A stretch of DNA of 64,000 bases, taken from assembly GCA_022573225.1 (NCBI GenBank), contig JACZUI010000001.1:48883-112882 (forward strand). The letters run 5' to 3'. Every line of letters begins with the position of its first letter. Position 1 is the first letter of the stretch. The notes beneath the pieces were generated by a model, which worked only from the letters and a program-made list of their open reading frames with translations, was not told the DNA's origin and ran no database searches. The translations under genes and the position numbers were made by a program. Positions 1 to 9,780 of the stretch are shown here, piece by piece. The DNA comes from Acidobacteriota bacterium (GTDB lineage Bacteria; Actinomycetota; Acidimicrobiia; Spongiisociales; ZC4RG35).

Positions 1-379
1 CATCGCGGGGGCGAATCATCACCATCACCACGTCTGCTCGCTCACCGACGAATTCGCCGAACCCTTCCAGGTCTTCGAGCGAATCCCTCGAGTCCGATCC
101 GACCAGGAGAAAGACGTCCAGACCACCATCGCTAGGGGGGATGGTGATTCCGGTCTCCGGATCGACCTCTGGTTCGGATTCCCCTTCGGGCTCAGAAGCG
201 GCTTCGACACCGGCTGAGGCTGGGCGGTCGATGGACACCCGGTTCACCTCGCCCCAAGTCGACAACGCAAAAGTAGCCCCTGTTGCCAGGAGCAGGACTG
301 CGATTAGTCCAGCGCCGATTAGGAGTTTTCTGCGCAAGTTTCCACCCGAGGTTGCCCGAATCGAGCATTCTATGTCCAC
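1..379 (-). CDS. LytR-CpsA-Psr (LCP) family protein, N-terminal part only (runs off the left edge)
   Basis: Manual minus-strand translation; the ORF leaves the window and is not in the ORF track. It reads LRRKLLIGAGLIAVLLLATGATFAL (TM anchor), then DVFLLVGSDSRDSLEDLEGFGEFVGERADVVMVMIRPRD, which fits the LCP signature LLxGSDSR...RxDxxM. The start is ambiguous (GTG at 379 or TTG at 337). Confidence 0.6.
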   Translation of the reverse strand, partial: MDIECSIRATSGGNLRRKLLIGAGLIAVLLLATGATFALSTWGEVNRVSIDRPASAGVEAASEPEGESEPEVDPETGITIPPSDGGLDVFLLVGSDSRDSLEDLEGFGEFVGERADVVMVMIRPRD

Positions 380-482
380 CAAAACCCAACGGATCCGTCG
401 CGTCGAATTCTCAACGGTTGTCTCAGCATGGGGGACGTTCCCGGACTCCGGAGGAGAGAGACAAGGAGGGTCTAGCGGGCCA

Positions 483-646
483 GGAGCCCGCTGAATAATG
501 CACGTCACTCATCTCGACGACCAGTTCATCGCCACTCGCGGTGTCCTCTGCTCCGCCATTCCGCCCCAAGGAGTGGCGAAACCTCGTCCTTGCGAGTGTC
601 GCGCCTGACCCCCCGATCTGACCAACGGCATTAATCAGCAGACTCC
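483..646. repeat. Long form (~164 bp) of a palindromic MITE/REP-like element, copy A
   Basis: Colinear over its full length with 52546-52705. The termini GGAGCCCGCTGAATAATGC and GGCATTAATCAGCAGACTCC are inverted repeats. There is also internal inverted symmetry (TCGCCACTC / GGAGTGGCGA). Confidence 0.8.
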
Positions 647-1182
647 TCGGCCAGCCCGAGCATCGTGCGAATCATCCAGGCTGTCGCCCCCCAAAGGGTG
701 TCGCCTTCGAGTTCGTAGTACCAGACCTGACGGCCATCCCAAGGGACAGACCACCACCTCGACTCCTCAGCCAGATCCATGAGAAGCGGCGTGTACACCT
801 TCACGACCTCGCGCTCGGAGAGAACGAGTCCAAGGGGGGTGCTCACCCTGCCAACGACCGGGACGACCAGAGGACTGAACTCGACCGTGTCGATCGCAGG
901 GAGAAAGCCAAGAACCTCGACCTGGTCCCGCTCGATGCCCACCTCCTCGTGCGCCTCGCGAAGTGCAGTGTCTACGGGCCCATCGTCTTCAGGATGGGCG
1001 CGACCACCGGGAAAAGCGATGTGTCCGGCGTGAGTCGGCATGGTGTCAGGGCGCTTGGTGAGTACGACCCTTATTTCGCCGCTGTCGTCCTCGTAGAGGG
1101 GAGCGAGGACTGCCGCCAGGGCCCTTTCATCGGGTGGCGGATACGCGTCGATTAGATGAAGACTGTCCCACATGAGGCCCAC
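631..1182 (-). CDS. NUDIX hydrolase (CoA pyrophosphatase-like)
   Basis: Nudix box GGRAHPEDDGPVDTALREAHEEVGI. The last 16 nt including the TAA stop lie inside the terminal repeat of element copy A. Confidence 0.8.
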   Translation of the reverse strand: MGLMWDSLHLIDAYPPPDERALAAVLAPLYEDDSGEIRVVLTKRPDTMPTHAGHIAFPGGRAHPEDDGPVDTALREAHEEVGIERDQVEVLGFLPAIDTVEFSPLVVPVVGRVSTPLGLVLSEREVVKVYTPLLMDLAEESRWWSVPWDGRQVWYYELEGDTLWGATAWMIRTMLGLAEESAD

Positions 1183-1210
1183 AGGTTAAGGGCGCGGATA
1201 ACCTGGCCGG

Positions 1211-1789
1211 GTGCCAAGATCACAACTAGAGACAGACCGACTCATCCTGCAGCGGTTTTCGCGCCGCGATCACAACACGCTCGACGATGCGATACGGAGC
1301 TCGCTCCCCGACCTGAACCAGTGGCTCCCCTGGGCGCGTCTCGACTACGAGCACGGAGACACCAACGCCTTCATTCGCGACTCCCTTCAGGCTTGGAAGG
1401 AGGATCGGGCCTGGGACTACTCGGTGAGGCTCAAGGAACAACCCGACCGTCACGTCGCCAACGTCTCAATGTGGACGGTGTCACAACTCGGGAAGATCGC
1501 CGAGTTCGGCTATTGGGTGCGAAGCGACGAGATTTCCAAGGGAATCTGCACCGAGGCGGTGGGTCGGCTCCTCGAGGAGGCCTTCACATCCCTGAGTTAT
1601 CACAAAGTGACCCTCAGGATCGCAATCGGAAACGACGCATCCGACCGCGTTGCCAAGAAGCTCGGCTTCATACGGGAAGGGGTACTCCGCGAGGAACTAC
1701 TCATCCGGGGCAACTGGATCGACCACTCGCTTTGGTCTCTCATCGACAGGGAATACCGGTCACTCCATCGGAGCCGTGTTCAGGCCTGA
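1211..1789 (+). CDS. GNAT family N-acetyltransferase (RimJ/RimL-like)
   Basis: 192 aa with an RimJ-like layout: LILQRFSRRDH..., FGYWVRSDEISKGICTEAV..., NDASDRVAKKLGFIREGVLRE. Confidence 0.75.
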   Translation: MPRSQLETDRLILQRFSRRDHNTLDDAIRSSLPDLNQWLPWARLDYEHGDTNAFIRDSLQAWKEDRAWDYSVRLKEQPDRHVANVSMWTVSQLGKIAEFGYWVRSDEISKGICTEAVGRLLEEAFTSLSYHKVTLRIAIGNDASDRVAKKLGFIREGVLREELLIRGNWIDHSLWSLIDREYRSLHRSRVQA

Positions 1790-1849
1790 GCCGAGCGGTT
1801 TCGAGCCCTGCCCCGCAACGAGCCAGGTTGAGATCGGTAGCCTGTTCGT

Positions 1850-2029
1850 ATGCGCCGCGCGCTGACGTTTCTTGTTTTTGCGGTCGTCCTTGTCGTTGCT
1901 TTTGCTCTGATCGGCCCTTCGCTGCCCGAAGGCAATCCTCTGAGAGATGCGGCCGAAGGATTGAGGGAAATCGGCAACAGCATGGCCGACAATTTTGGGG
2001 GCGGATACGGTCAGCTGCCGGCTGGCTAG
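1850..2029 (+). CDS. Possible small secreted/membrane protein (59 aa)
   Basis: ATG ORF below the track length cutoff: MRRALTFLVFAVVLVVAFALIGPSLPEGNPLRDAAEGLREIGNSMADNFGGGYGQLPAG. It has one hydrophobic helix. No clear RBS and codon bias is only moderate, so this is speculative. Confidence 0.3.
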   Translation: MRRALTFLVFAVVLVVAFALIGPSLPEGNPLRDAAEGLREIGNSMADNFGGGYGQLPAG

Positions 2030-3510
2030 CCGCCCACCGCGATGACCCGGGACGCGTCGCCCACGAAGGTGACTAGAGCGGGGAAGAACCCGATGGCAAC
2101 GGTGAGGGCCAGTGAGACCCACAGAGCCAATCGCAGCGAAACGGCCGGTGCCGCCTCCACATCTTCGACGAACTCCCCGGTGGGATCGTCCACCCAGACG
2201 GTCTTGACCACCTTGGCGTAGTAATACAGCGCGATCACTGCGTTGACTGCTGCGATCACCGCCAAGACGACCGTTGTCGTCCCACCGGCGATCATCACGG
2301 AGCGGAACATGGCGAACTTGGCGAACCATCCGGCCAGTGGGGGGATCCCGGCGAGGCTGAAGAAGAACACCGCAACCAGAACACCGAGCCTCGAATCGAC
2401 CTGAGCGAGGCCGGCCCAAGCCGACAGTTCGCCCGAACGCGTCTTACGGGCTCCCGCGATCACCACGGCAAAGGCGCCCAAGTTCATCACGGCGTAGATC
2501 GCGAGGTAGACGACCGTCGCCGCAAAGGCCTCTTCCAGATCGGCCCCGACGACGGCGGCCGCGGCGAACGGGACCAGCATGAATCCGGCTTGGGCCACAG
2601 ACGAGTAGGCCAGTAGCCGAACAATGTTCGTCTGTCGCAACGCCGACAGGTTGCCAACCGTCATCGACAGGGCCGCAAGGATCCACAGGGCAGGCGCCCA
2701 CACCTCCGAAACGCCGGGAAGAGCGATGTACAGCATCAGCAGCAGGGCCACGAAGCCGGCAATCTTGGAGTTGACCGACAGATAGGCGGTAATGGGCGTC
2801 GGTGCGCCCTCATACGTGTCAGGTGCCCAGAAATGGAATGGAACCGCGGCGATCTTGAAGCCGAAACCAACGATCACAAAGAGAATTGCCATGACCATCG
2901 CCGGCTCGTCTCCCCGCCCGGCGGTGGCCTCGGCCAATCCGCTGAAGGTGATCTCGCCGGTCAACCCGTAGAGGAATGACATGCCGTAGAGCAAGATCGC
3001 CGTAGAGAGGACGCCAAGGATGAAGTACTTCAAGGACGCCTCATTGGACTTGGCGTCTCCCTTTCTCCATCCGGTGAGCAGGAACAACGGTGCGGTCGTC
3101 AACTCGAGCCCGATGAAGAGGATGATCAGATCCCGTGAGGACGCCATCACCAGCGAGCCCAGGACCGAGGCCAGGAGGAGGAAGTAGTACTCACCCTGGT
3201 AATAGCGCTCCGACTCGATGTAGTGATGGGACATCAGCAGGACCAGATACGCCGCAACGATGAACAGGCCTTTGAGCACGAGGGCGAACTCATCGACCAC
3301 ATACGAACCGTCGAACATGGATCGGGTTTCCCCCTGGACACCGAGGATCACCAGCGGAATGGCAGCCAGGGCGGTTCCCGCCACGGCGGCGGTCGCGATC
3401 CAGAACTTCTTGGGTCGGGTGAGAACCATGTCCAACGTGAACACAACCAACAACGTCCCGACGATGACCAGCTCGGGCGCCAGAGCCAGGTAGTCGATGG
3501 TGAAGGTCAC
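2026..3510 (-). CDS. nuoN: NADH-quinone oxidoreductase subunit N (operon 1)
   Basis: 494-aa polytopic antiporter-like protein, last gene of a colinear nuo cluster. It carries the NuoN-type stretch FHFWAPDTYEGAPTPITAY. Confidence 0.9.
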   Translation of the reverse strand: MTFTIDYLALAPELVIVGTLLVVFTLDMVLTRPKKFWIATAAVAGTALAAIPLVILGVQGETRSMFDGSYVVDEFALVLKGLFIVAAYLVLLMSHHYIESERYYQGEYYFLLLASVLGSLVMASSRDLIILFIGLELTTAPLFLLTGWRKGDAKSNEASLKYFILGVLSTAILLYGMSFLYGLTGEITFSGLAEATAGRGDEPAMVMAILFVIVGFGFKIAAVPFHFWAPDTYEGAPTPITAYLSVNSKIAGFVALLLMLYIALPGVSEVWAPALWILAALSMTVGNLSALRQTNIVRLLAYSSVAQAGFMLVPFAAAAVVGADLEEAFAATVVYLAIYAVMNLGAFAVVIAGARKTRSGELSAWAGLAQVDSRLGVLVAVFFFSLAGIPPLAGWFAKFAMFRSVMIAGGTTTVVLAVIAAVNAVIALYYYAKVVKTVWVDDPTGEFVEDVEAAPAVSLRLALWVSLALTVAIGFFPALVTFVGDASRVIAVGG

Positions 3511-3513
3511 CGA

Positions 3514-5133
3514 TCAGCCGCCCTTCACACTGGTCAGCGCAGCGGTCGCGTCGCCGTTGAACACCGTGTCTACCAGCGAGGTGACGGTGTCGGTGGTGGC
3601 ACTGAAGACGAGGTTTGGATAGAAGCCAATCACGACGATCAGGACTATGAGCGGCGCCCAGGCCGCCATCTCGAACCGATCCACGTCGTGGAACTCGTGA
3701 CTCTGCCACTCATCGCTCGGCTCACCCAGGTTGACCTTCTGCAACATCCACAACATGTAGCCGGCCGTGAGGACCGTCCCGATCGCAGCCAGGACCATCG
3801 AGGTGCGGAAGACGCCGAGCGGCAGGCCGCCAAGTGGGTTATAGGCACTGAGAAGCGACATGAACTCGCCCCAGAACCCCGCCAGCCCGGGCAGGCCCAG
3901 TGACGCCATCGCGGTGAACGCAAGGATCCCGCCCAACACGGGCATCAGTTTCAGGTTGCCACCGAGACGCGCCATATCCCTGGTGTGGTAGCGATGGTGC
4001 ATCGAGCCGGCAAGGAAGAAGAGCAGACCCGTGATCAGACCGTGGGCAACCATCCCGATGATGGCCGCGTTGATCCCGATGTCGGTCATGGTCGCGATTC
4101 CAAGCATCACAAAGCCCATGTGGCCCACGGACGAGAAGGCGATCAGGCGCTTCAAGTCGGTCTGAGCCAGACAGGCAAGCGATCCGTAGATGATCCCGAT
4201 AACCGCGAGAATTGCGATGGCCGGAGCCCAGTTTTTCGCCTCGTCGGGGAGGATCGGCAGCGCAATTCGAATGAAGCCGTAGGACCCGAGCTTCAGGAGA
4301 ATCGCAGCCAGGAGAACGGAGCCGACTGTCGGCGCAGCCGTGTGAGCGTCTGGGAGCCAGGTGTGGAAAGGCCACATCGGCACCTTGATTGCGAACCCGA
4401 GGAACATCGCCCCAAAAACCCAGAAGGCAAAGCTGCCGGTGAAGGAGCCCAAGGCACCGAGTTCCGTCAACTGCACGATGTCGAAGGTGCGCTCCCCGAA
4501 TCTCGCCGAGTCGAAGTAGAGGGCGAGGAAGCCAAGCAGCATGAATGCCGACCCGAACAAAGTGAACAGGAAGAACTTGATCGAGGCATAGAGCCTCGTC
4601 TCCACCTCCGTACTGAATCCCGGGATCCTTCGCGGGGTGCGGTCGCCCCAGATTCCGATCATGAAGTACATCGGAAGCAACACGACCTCGAAGAAGACAA
4701 AGAACAGAACGAGGTCGAGGGCAACGAAGGTTCCGTTCATCCCGGTCGCCAGGATCATCATGAGGATCAAGAAAGCCTTGGGGTTCTTGGGCTCGTCCCA
4801 GTTGTTCCAGGAGTAGATCACCGCCAGCACCATCACGAATGTGGACAGGACCAGGAGAGGCAGGCTGATTCCGTCTATGCCAACGTGGTAGTTGGCATCT
4901 ATGGCGCCGATCCAACTCTGGTTCACCTCGAACTGATAGGTGTTGTACGGACCGCCGCCGAAGTCGAATTGCCCGATGAGCACCAGCGACAAGGCAAAAA
5001 CGGCCAGCGACACGACCAGGGCCGTCCGCTTCAGGGCGTTCTCGTTGGCTTTGGGTGTCAATCCGAGGACGAGGACCCCCACCACGGGCAAGAACACAAT
5101 CAGTGATACACCCCAACTTTCGAACCATTCCAT
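3514..5133 (-). CDS. nuoM: NADH-quinone oxidoreductase subunit M (operon 1)
   Basis: 539-aa antiporter-like subunit with WPFHTWLPDAHTAAPT and GSVLLAAILLKLG. Confidence 0.9.
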   Translation of the reverse strand: MEWFESWGVSLIVFLPVVGVLVLGLTPKANENALKRTALVVSLAVFALSLVLIGQFDFGGGPYNTYQFEVNQSWIGAIDANYHVGIDGISLPLLVLSTFVMVLAVIYSWNNWDEPKNPKAFLILMMILATGMNGTFVALDLVLFFVFFEVVLLPMYFMIGIWGDRTPRRIPGFSTEVETRLYASIKFFLFTLFGSAFMLLGFLALYFDSARFGERTFDIVQLTELGALGSFTGSFAFWVFGAMFLGFAIKVPMWPFHTWLPDAHTAAPTVGSVLLAAILLKLGSYGFIRIALPILPDEAKNWAPAIAILAVIGIIYGSLACLAQTDLKRLIAFSSVGHMGFVMLGIATMTDIGINAAIIGMVAHGLITGLLFFLAGSMHHRYHTRDMARLGGNLKLMPVLGGILAFTAMASLGLPGLAGFWGEFMSLLSAYNPLGGLPLGVFRTSMVLAAIGTVLTAGYMLWMLQKVNLGEPSDEWQSHEFHDVDRFEMAAWAPLIVLIVVIGFYPNLVFSATTDTVTSLVDTVFNGDATAALTSVKGG

Positions 5134-5148
5134 TGCTGTCAGCCTCTC

Positions 5149-7176
5149 CTATAGGACGAACACGAACACGACTACCAGGATGAGCGCCCCTGCTACGAAG
5201 GAGGCCGCATACTGCTGAACTTGGCCGGTCTGCATCCTGCGCAAAACAGAGCCGGCGCCGTCGGCTATCGCCGACACTCCGTGAACAACCCCATCAACAC
5301 CCCTCTGGTCGATGATGCCGTAGACAAACCCGCCCAGGTACTTGATCGCCATGCCCACCCCGTTGACGATCGCATCAAGTATGTGGGTGTTGGTCCAATC
5401 GACGAAACGGGCGATGGGCCCAATGGTGGCGCCAACGGCGCCAAGGGCGACGTCATCGATGTAATAGCCTCGCCTGAAGAGCGGATAGAAGACGGGGATC
5501 TCGAAAAGGTCGCGATCTTCCTGGCTGTCCCGGTCCTTGGAGAAGATCGCCCAGCCGACGGCAATGCCGGCGACCGCCGCCAGCAGACCGATACCCCCGA
5601 TCAGCCAGTCGATGGACTCGGCATGATGATCACCCATCGGAACGATCCGAACCGCCAGCCACTCGGTGAAGTTTCCTATGACCGGCCAGGAGACGCCGGG
5701 TATGTTGAGCAGGCCGGCGAAGGCAGTCGGTATGGCGAGCAGAATCAGCGGCACCGTCATCACGCTCGGCGACTCATGCGGCTCGCGTTCCCCCTCGTAA
5801 CTGCCGTGAAAAGTGAGAACGGTGGCGCGCGCCATGTAGAAGGCGGTAACGAAGGCTCCCGCGATCGCCACCCACATCACGATCTGGTATCCCTCATTAC
5901 CCAGAGTCGAGAGGATTTCATCCTTCGACCAGAACCCGGAAAGCCCAACACCCGCCAGGGCCAGGGACCCGGCGATCCAGGTCCAGTACGTCCTGGGCAT
6001 GTACTTGCGGAGACCGCCCATGTCGCTCATGTTGTTGGAGTGCACGGCATGAATCACCGAGCCGGCACAGAGGAAGAGGAGAGCCTTGAAGAAGGCATGG
6101 GTGAACAAATGGAACATGCCGGCTGTGTAGCCACCGGCGGCGATCACGGTCATCATGTACCCGAGTTGTGAGACCGTCGAGTACGCCAGGAGCCTCTTGA
6201 TGTCCTTCGCAACCAGGGCCAGCAGGCCGGCTCCGAACAGGGTTATCGCGCCGAGAATGATCATCGGGGTGCGAGCTTCCTGTGCCATGTTCTGATACAG
6301 CGGGAACATCCGGGCCATGAGATACACGCCGGCGGTGACCATGGTCGCCGCATGCATGAGCGCCGAGACTGGAGTCGGCCCCGCCATGGCGTCGGGTAGC
6401 CAGATGTGAAGCGGGAACACGGCACTCTTTCCCATCGCGCCGAAGAAAAGAAGCAGGGCGCCCACTACGGCCACTGCCCCCAGTTCTGCATTCCCCGAGA
6501 TTGCGGCCTCGTTGATGTCGAAGAAGTCGAAGGATCCGACGGCGAGGGCAACGATGATCGCACCGAGAACGAGGCCGACATCCGCCACCTTGTTGACGAG
6601 GAAGGCCTTGTTGCCGGCCTTGACGTTGGCGAGGTCCTCCCAATAGAACCCGATCAGCAAGTAGGAAGCGAGACCGACGCCCTCCCATCCGATAATCAGC
6701 TGCACCAGATTCGGCGCACCAACCAGGACCAACATCGCCCCGGCGAACAGGGAAAAGGCGGCAAAGAACCAGGGCAGCCGACGGTCGCCCTTCATGTAGC
6801 CGACGGCGTAGATGAAGACGAGAAGCCCCACCACCGAGACGAGGAAGTACATCAGGATCGAAAGACCGTCGACGACCCATCCCAGCTCGAAGACAAGGCC
6901 GCTGCCAATGCGCCCGATCACGAATGTGGTCTGGGTGAGGACACCCTCTGTCATGTTGAGGACCATCAGGACGCTGGCCCAGAGAGCATTTATCGCGAGA
7001 GCCCCGATGGCGATCTCCCCACCCTGGTACTTCATCCTCTTTCCAAAGGCCAGGATCAGCAGGAACGCCACCAAAGGAAGCGCCAGCATGATGCCGGCGG
7101 TGTCGGCCCACCAGCCACCGTCACCGGCGTGGATCTCGTGCGCCTCCTGGGCAGCGATGAAAGCAAGGTCAAACAA
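5149..7176 (-). CDS. nuoL: NADH-quinone oxidoreductase subunit L (operon 1)
   Basis: 675 aa with GWEGVGLASYLLIGFW, PLHIWLPDAMAGPTPVSALMHAATMVTAG, and a long C-terminal helix region. Confidence 0.9.
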   Translation of the reverse strand: MFDLAFIAAQEAHEIHAGDGGWWADTAGIMLALPLVAFLLILAFGKRMKYQGGEIAIGALAINALWASVLMVLNMTEGVLTQTTFVIGRIGSGLVFELGWVVDGLSILMYFLVSVVGLLVFIYAVGYMKGDRRLPWFFAAFSLFAGAMLVLVGAPNLVQLIIGWEGVGLASYLLIGFYWEDLANVKAGNKAFLVNKVADVGLVLGAIIVALAVGSFDFFDINEAAISGNAELGAVAVVGALLLFFGAMGKSAVFPLHIWLPDAMAGPTPVSALMHAATMVTAGVYLMARMFPLYQNMAQEARTPMIILGAITLFGAGLLALVAKDIKRLLAYSTVSQLGYMMTVIAAGGYTAGMFHLFTHAFFKALLFLCAGSVIHAVHSNNMSDMGGLRKYMPRTYWTWIAGSLALAGVGLSGFWSKDEILSTLGNEGYQIVMWVAIAGAFVTAFYMARATVLTFHGSYEGEREPHESPSVMTVPLILLAIPTAFAGLLNIPGVSWPVIGNFTEWLAVRIVPMGDHHAESIDWLIGGIGLLAAVAGIAVGWAIFSKDRDSQEDRDLFEIPVFYPLFRRGYYIDDVALGAVGATIGPIARFVDWTNTHILDAIVNGVGMAIKYLGGFVYGIIDQRGVDGVVHGVSAIADGAGSVLRRMQTGQVQQYAASFVAGALILVVVFVFVL

Positions 7177-7230
7177 GGGGCATCACCGCCTCGACGGAGC
7201 GGTAGCCCCCGGTCTCAGAGCTGCGCACCA

Positions 7231-7536
7231 TCAATACCTCATCAGGCTGAGCTCGTCGACATTGGCGGACTTACGGTTTCTGAAGATCATCAACACGATG
7301 GCGAGCCCGATGCCCACCTCGGCGGCAGCGATGGTGATTATGAAGATGGCGAAAACCTGGCCTATGGCGTCGGGGCTGCGGAAGACGGACTCGAAGGCGA
7401 TGAAGTTGATGTTCACCGCGGTGAGCATCAGTTCGACAGAGAGGAGGATCAGCACGATGTTTCTCCGCACCAGCAGGCCATATATGCCGAAAGCGAAAAG
7501 AGCAGCCGCCAGGATGAGGAACTGGCTCAGAATCAT
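7231..7536 (-). CDS. nuoK: NADH-quinone oxidoreductase subunit K (operon 1)
   Basis: 101 aa, 3 TM, with SVELMLTAVNINF and AAAEVGIGLAI. Confidence 0.9.
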   Translation of the reverse strand: MILSQFLILAAALFAFGIYGLLVRRNIVLILLSVELMLTAVNINFIAFESVFRSPDAIGQVFAIFIITIAAAEVGIGLAIVLMIFRNRKSANVDELSLMRY

Positions 7537-8087
7537 CAGACCCGCCGTCCTTCCTCTTCCTCGATTGGCGTGAGGTCTTTTCGGGCAAGAGTGATACTGC
7601 CGATCAGCGCCGCCAACAGGACGAAGGAGACCACCTCGAAGGGGATGACAAATCTGCCCAGCAGAGACTCGCCGATCAGCTCGGTCGAAATCGGATCCCC
7701 CGTCGCGCCCACCAGCGTGGTGCCGAAGGCGTCGATCGATCCCCAGGCCATCAAAACAAAAACGCCAACCGAAAGTAGGGCGGGGACAACCTTCTTCTCG
7801 GAGTCGAGACCCTCATCCTGGCCGGTCGGGGCGCGGGTGATCATGATCCCGAACAGGAACAGGACAATCACCGCTCCGATGTAAACCAGGACCAACACCC
7901 AGGCTACGAACTCGGCCGCGAGCATGAGAAAGAGTCCTGCGGTCCCCGCGAGTGCGGCCACGAGGAGCAGAGCCGCGTGCACGACGTTCTTGGCGGTCAC
8001 GACACGGAATCCTGACGCGAGCACAACCAGCCCCACCAAGAGAAAGATCCAGTTGATCGGCTCGGATATCCAGGCGGAAAAGGTCAA
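7536..8087 (-). CDS. nuoJ: NADH-quinone oxidoreductase subunit J (operon 1)
   Basis: 183-aa membrane protein at the nuoJ position with VLVYIGAVIVLFLFGIM. Confidence 0.85.
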   Translation of the reverse strand: MTFSAWISEPINWIFLLVGLVVLASGFRVVTAKNVVHAALLLVAALAGTAGLFLMLAAEFVAWVLVLVYIGAVIVLFLFGIMITRAPTGQDEGLDSEKKVVPALLSVGVFVLMAWGSIDAFGTTLVGATGDPISTELIGESLLGRFVIPFEVVSFVLLAALIGSITLARKDLTPIEEEEGRRV

Positions 8088-8169
8088 GCCGCCACCTGCT
8101 CAACTTCCATGCGGCAGCAGACACGACTCATCGACTGAAGGGCTGCATCGAACGGCAACTGAACCAGCA

Positions 8170-8670
8170 TCACGGTTCCAGCGCTGGGACCTCGGGGACC
8201 GTCTTCATCCAATCCTGAAGCCGATCCATGTCGTGCAGCATCTCTCCCATCTGGGTCTCCGAGTACTCATACTCGGGTGTCCAGAACAGCGCATCGAACG
8301 GGCAAACTTCGACACAGATCCCGCAGTACATGCATAGGGCGTAGTCGATGTCGAACCGATCCAGCGTCGCCCTCACCTTGATGCGGCCCCCGGGTTTGGA
8401 AGGAGGCTGCTCCTCCTTATGGCCCTCGATGTAGATGCACCAGTCGGGGCATTGCCGGGCACAAAGCATGCAGACCGTGCAGGCGTCCTGATCGAGGGCG
8501 ATGACCCCACGGGCCCGCGGGACCGGGGTCTCCTTGACCTTGGGATAGTTGACTGTCGCCAGGTGCTTCTTCGGGAGAAAGATGGTTTTGAACATCGTCG
8601 TGATGGTCACGGCGAGGCCTTTCACCATCCCCATGCCCAGGAGAGTGCGGGAGTCGTTGCCCTTGGCCAT
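8170..8670 (-). CDS. nuoI: NADH-quinone oxidoreductase subunit I (operon 1)
   Basis: Only the C-terminal 166 aa of track ORF 8170-9507 is taken. The ATG at 8670 overlaps the nuoH TGA (TGATG). Two 4Fe-4S motifs: [12 protein letters not shown] and [12 protein letters not shown]. Confidence 0.9.
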   Translation of the reverse strand: MAKGNDSRTLLGMGMVKGLAVTITTMFKTIFLPKKHLATVNYPKVKETPVPRARGVIALDQDACTVCMLCARQCPDWCIYIEGHKEEQPPSKPGGRIKVRATLDRFDIDYALCMYCGICVEVCPFDALFWTPEYEYSETQMGEMLHDMDRLQDWMKTVPEVPALEP

Positions 8671-9677
8671 CAGAAAAGAACCTTGAAAATGGCGGTTATC
8701 ACGATGTTGGCCAGTGCGATCGGGATCAACCACTTCCACGCCAGAGTCTGAAGCTGATCTTCGCGGAAGCGGGGGAAGGTCCAGCGGAACCAAATCATGA
8801 CGAACGACAGGATGGCGACCTTGCCGATGAGGATCACGGGACCGGCGAACACGAGAACGGACTCGGGGATGCCGGGCAGCCAGTAACCGCCCAGGAACAG
8901 GGTGACAGCGATGGCCGACATCGTGAACATGTTGGCGAACTCGGCGAGGAAGAAGAAGAGAAACCTGAAGCCTGAGTATTCGGTGAGATACCCCATGACC
9001 AGCTCCGACTCGGCGATGGGCATGTCGAACGGGATCCGGGTCAATTCGGCGAGGGCGGCGATCATGAAGATCGCGAAGCCGACGACCTGGAGGATCACAA
9101 AGGGGTAGCCGGCGGCGATCTGCGCCTCGACGATGCCACTCATGCTGAGTGTTCCGGCCATGATCACAGAGCCCACGACGGCGAGCACGAGGGGCAGTTC
9201 GTAGGCAATGAGCTGCCCGGCTGCGCGGAGCCCCCCCATCAGCGAGTACTTGTTGGCCGAGGACCATCCCGCCATGAGGACACCGATCGTGCTTATAGAG
9301 GAAATCGCCAGTGCGTAGAAGATGCCCACGGAAAGGTCGCGGAAGATCAGGCCCGGGCCGAATGGGATGACGACGAAGAGCGCGACGGTTCCCACCAGCA
9401 CCAGAATCGGAGCAGACTTGAATACGGGACGATCTGCGTCTTCGGGTATGAGGTCTTCCTTTTGGAAGAATTTGACGCCGTCCGCAATGAGCTGAGCCCA
9501 TCCCCACCTTCCCCCAGCGAAATAGGGACCAATCCGGGACTGCATCTTCGCCGAGAGCTTCATCTCGGCGAACCCGATCACCATTCCGATCAGCGGGATC
9601 ATCGTGGCGACAAGAGCCAGCTTGGCTGCAAGCGACACCCAGAAGTTGGCGAAAAGATCAGTTGCGAACCCGGTCAT
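8670..9677 (-). CDS. nuoH: NADH-quinone oxidoreductase subunit H (operon 1)
   Basis: 335 aa with [32 protein letters not shown]. Confidence 0.9.
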   Translation of the reverse strand: MTGFATDLFANFWVSLAAKLALVATMIPLIGMVIGFAEMKLSAKMQSRIGPYFAGGRWGWAQLIADGVKFFQKEDLIPEDADRPVFKSAPILVLVGTVALFVVIPFGPGLIFRDLSVGIFYALAISSISTIGVLMAGWSSANKYSLMGGLRAAGQLIAYELPLVLAVVGSVIMAGTLSMSGIVEAQIAAGYPFVILQVVGFAIFMIAALAELTRIPFDMPIAESELVMGYLTEYSGFRFLFFFLAEFANMFTMSAIAVTLFLGGYWLPGIPESVLVFAGPVILIGKVAILSFVMIWFRWTFPRFREDQLQTLAWKWLIPIALANIVITAIFKVLF

Positions 9678-9780
9678 CGCTCTCCCCCCAACGACCGATG
9701 TGAGTGTTGTGGGGAGCGGCTTCCAATGCGCGGAAGAAGGCAGTTGTGGGGAGTGACGCCAAAGGCGCGGAGAGCAGTCA

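Noticed and set aside
171-182. GGTTCGGATTCC, resembling a tRNA T-arm
   Set aside because: It lies inside the LCP coding frame, and no acceptor, D-arm or anticodon-arm cloverleaf can be drawn around it.
3839-7884. Very long alternative-frame and antisense ORFs inside nuoM and nuoL (3839-5128, 3985-5106, 5918-7111, 6406-7884, 6812-7573)
   Set aside because: Their translations are Arg/Gly/Pro/His-rich low-complexity sequences typical of off-frame reading in high-GC DNA. The overlapping frames encode unmistakable Nuo subunits.
8671-9507. N-terminal 279 aa of track ORF 8170-9507, which would make a 445-aa NuoI
   Set aside because: This part overlaps nuoH in another frame and is Arg-rich nonsense. 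The conserved NuoI starts at the ATG at 8670, which overlaps the nuoH stop.
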